A stretch of DNA of 37,556 nt from an archaeon (GTDB lineage: Archaea; Nanobdellota; Nanobdellia; Pacearchaeales; GW2011-AR1), in assembly GCA_043797265.1 (NCBI GenBank), contig JAZDPV010000003.1:1-37556 (forward strand), given 5' to 3'. The position numbers and the translations under genes were made by a program. Below the pieces are notes generated by a model. The model did no database searches, was not told the DNA's origin, and was given only the letters and a program-made list of their open reading frames with translations. Below, one piece after another: positions 36,437 through 37,556 of this stretch. Numbering within the stretch: the stretch's first letter is position 1; each line of letters opens with the position of its first letter.

Positions 36437-37234
36437 ATGAAAAAGAACTTTCCATTTTCCCACTACCCACTACGCACTACCCACTACCTACTATTCGCTA
36501 CCTACTACCTACTACCGCTCGCAAGAGCGGGACCTGTCGAGGGCGTCTACCAACTCACCGACGGACTTCAGCAAATAATCCGCATCCTAATCCAATTCAT
36601 CAGCGAAACAATTTTCCAAATCAACTCCTTCGACGAATTCCTCTTCGCCAAAATTTTACTCTTCTCAATAATTTTACTAATTGTTTACACGGTCATAAGT
36701 CAGAACTCAATGTTTGGAGGTACCGGAAAAAATAAAGCAATCCAATGGATAATCTCATCCGCGATTTCAATTCTCGCAATTAGATATTTGCCAAATGAAT
36801 TTGTTCAGGCAATTCTTCTTCAATATGGAGCGTTCGCCGTCGCCATCACTGTTTTCCTTCCTTTAATGATATATTTCTTTTTCATTCATCAATCAGGCGT
36901 CGGTCCATTTGGCAGAAAAATAGCGTGGATAGTTTACATTACCGGGTTCTTCGCTCTTTGGTCAATGAGATACCAAGACCTCGGTGAAGCAAATTGGATT
37001 TACTGGATAGCGATAGGTTTCATAATCATCTGTCTAATATTTGACAAAAAAATCCACGAATATTTCGGTTGGTCTTCAATTAGAAAAGCAAGACGTGCGG
37101 GAAAACTCGAAAGAAGAATACAAGCGCAAGAGGATTTAGACGAGCTCGAAAGAAGAAAAGAATATCTTTCAGACAAAGAATATAGAACACTCGAAGAACG
37201 TTACAAAAAAAGAATTAAAGATAATATGAACTAA
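36437..37234 (+). CDS. Multi-pass membrane protein, paralog of 34740-35459
   Basis: About five TM segments and a charged C-terminal helix; the N-terminus is encoded by a heptamer repeat. Confidence 0.75.
   Translation: MKKNFPFSHYPLRTTHYLLFATYYLLPLARAGPVEGVYQLTDGLQQIIRILIQFISETIFQINSFDEFLFAKILLFSIILLIVYTVISQNSMFGGTGKNKAIQWIISSAISILAIRYLPNEFVQAILLQYGAFAVAITVFLPLMIYFFFIHQSGVGPFGRKIAWIVYITGFFALWSMRYQDLGEANWIYWIAIGFIIICLIFDKKIHEYFGWSSIRKARRAGKLERRIQAQEDLDELERRKEYLSDKEYRTLEERYKKRIKDNMN
36459..36514 (+). repeat. Heptamer tandem repeat (CCCACTA/CCTACTA x8) in the 5' coding region
   Basis: cccacta cccacta cgcacta cccacta cctacta ttcgcta cctacta cctacta. Confidence 0.85.
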
Positions 37235-37488
37235 TCTCTCCTATACCCAACAATTCGTCTCTTCTTTCCAACACCTTCGTAAATCGGAACTTCCTCACTC
37301 ACTCTCTTGGAATGATTTTTCTTTCCACTCATCAAAACCATCACAACCCCGACGACAACCAACGCAACTCCAGCCCCACTAACATACAGCGAATCAATCC
37401 CGTAAAAATTAACCTCACCAAAAAATCCAAAACCCAAAGCCATCACGACAATCCCGACGACAGACGCAACATATCCAACCACCTTCAT
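37231..37488 (-). CDS. Small two-TM membrane protein
   Basis: 85 aa, two TM helices, tail EEVPIYEG..RRIVGYRR. Confidence 0.65.
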   Translation of the reverse strand: MKVVGYVASVVGIVVMALGFGFFGEVNFYGIDSLYVSGAGVALVVVGVVMVLMSGKKNHSKRVSEEVPIYEGVGKKRRIVGYRRD

Positions 37489-37556
37489 AACAATTACAAC
37501 AATATAATCTTTATAAAATTATCTCAACATCCCTAACTCTAACCAACCCAAACGGA

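Overview
Archaeal chromosomal segment, most likely from a DPANN lineage (Pacearchaeota-like). This is inferred from the compact gene set, archaeal informational genes and TATA-driven, apparently leaderless genes. The backbone is housekeeping: metG, serS, minD, NAC, Sec61-beta, nth, TFS, Sec11, CDC48/VAT, MetAP2, PolB, FEN1, tRNA-Gly(CCC) and tRNA-Lys(CTT). The best-supported special feature is a compact diversity-generating retroelement (DGR) wedged between metG and a stand-alone MetRS-C/Trbp gene. It comprises a target gene (8819-9655) with VR 9451-9537, TR 9800-9886 and an RT (9909-10928). All 15 TR/VR mismatches in 87 nt fall on TR adenines. No avd gene is present, but a structured spacer precedes the TR. 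The second highlight is an accessory region at about 30.7-33.7 kb. It holds two paralogous minus-strand transcription units that begin with the same ~85-nt structured leader (with compensatory stem changes), a ~1.1 kb mostly non-coding and densely base-paired stretch containing a tandem ~160-nt structured module, and three small membrane proteins. Also present: an NYN-nuclease cassette preceded by two hairpin repeats and flanked by a duplicated 5' end of nth, a HepT/MntA toxin-antitoxin pair, a bacterial-type accA, a sigma70-region-4-like protein, heptamer repeats inside conserved genes and a family of small palindromes. All alignments and coordinates were done by eye; no searches were run.
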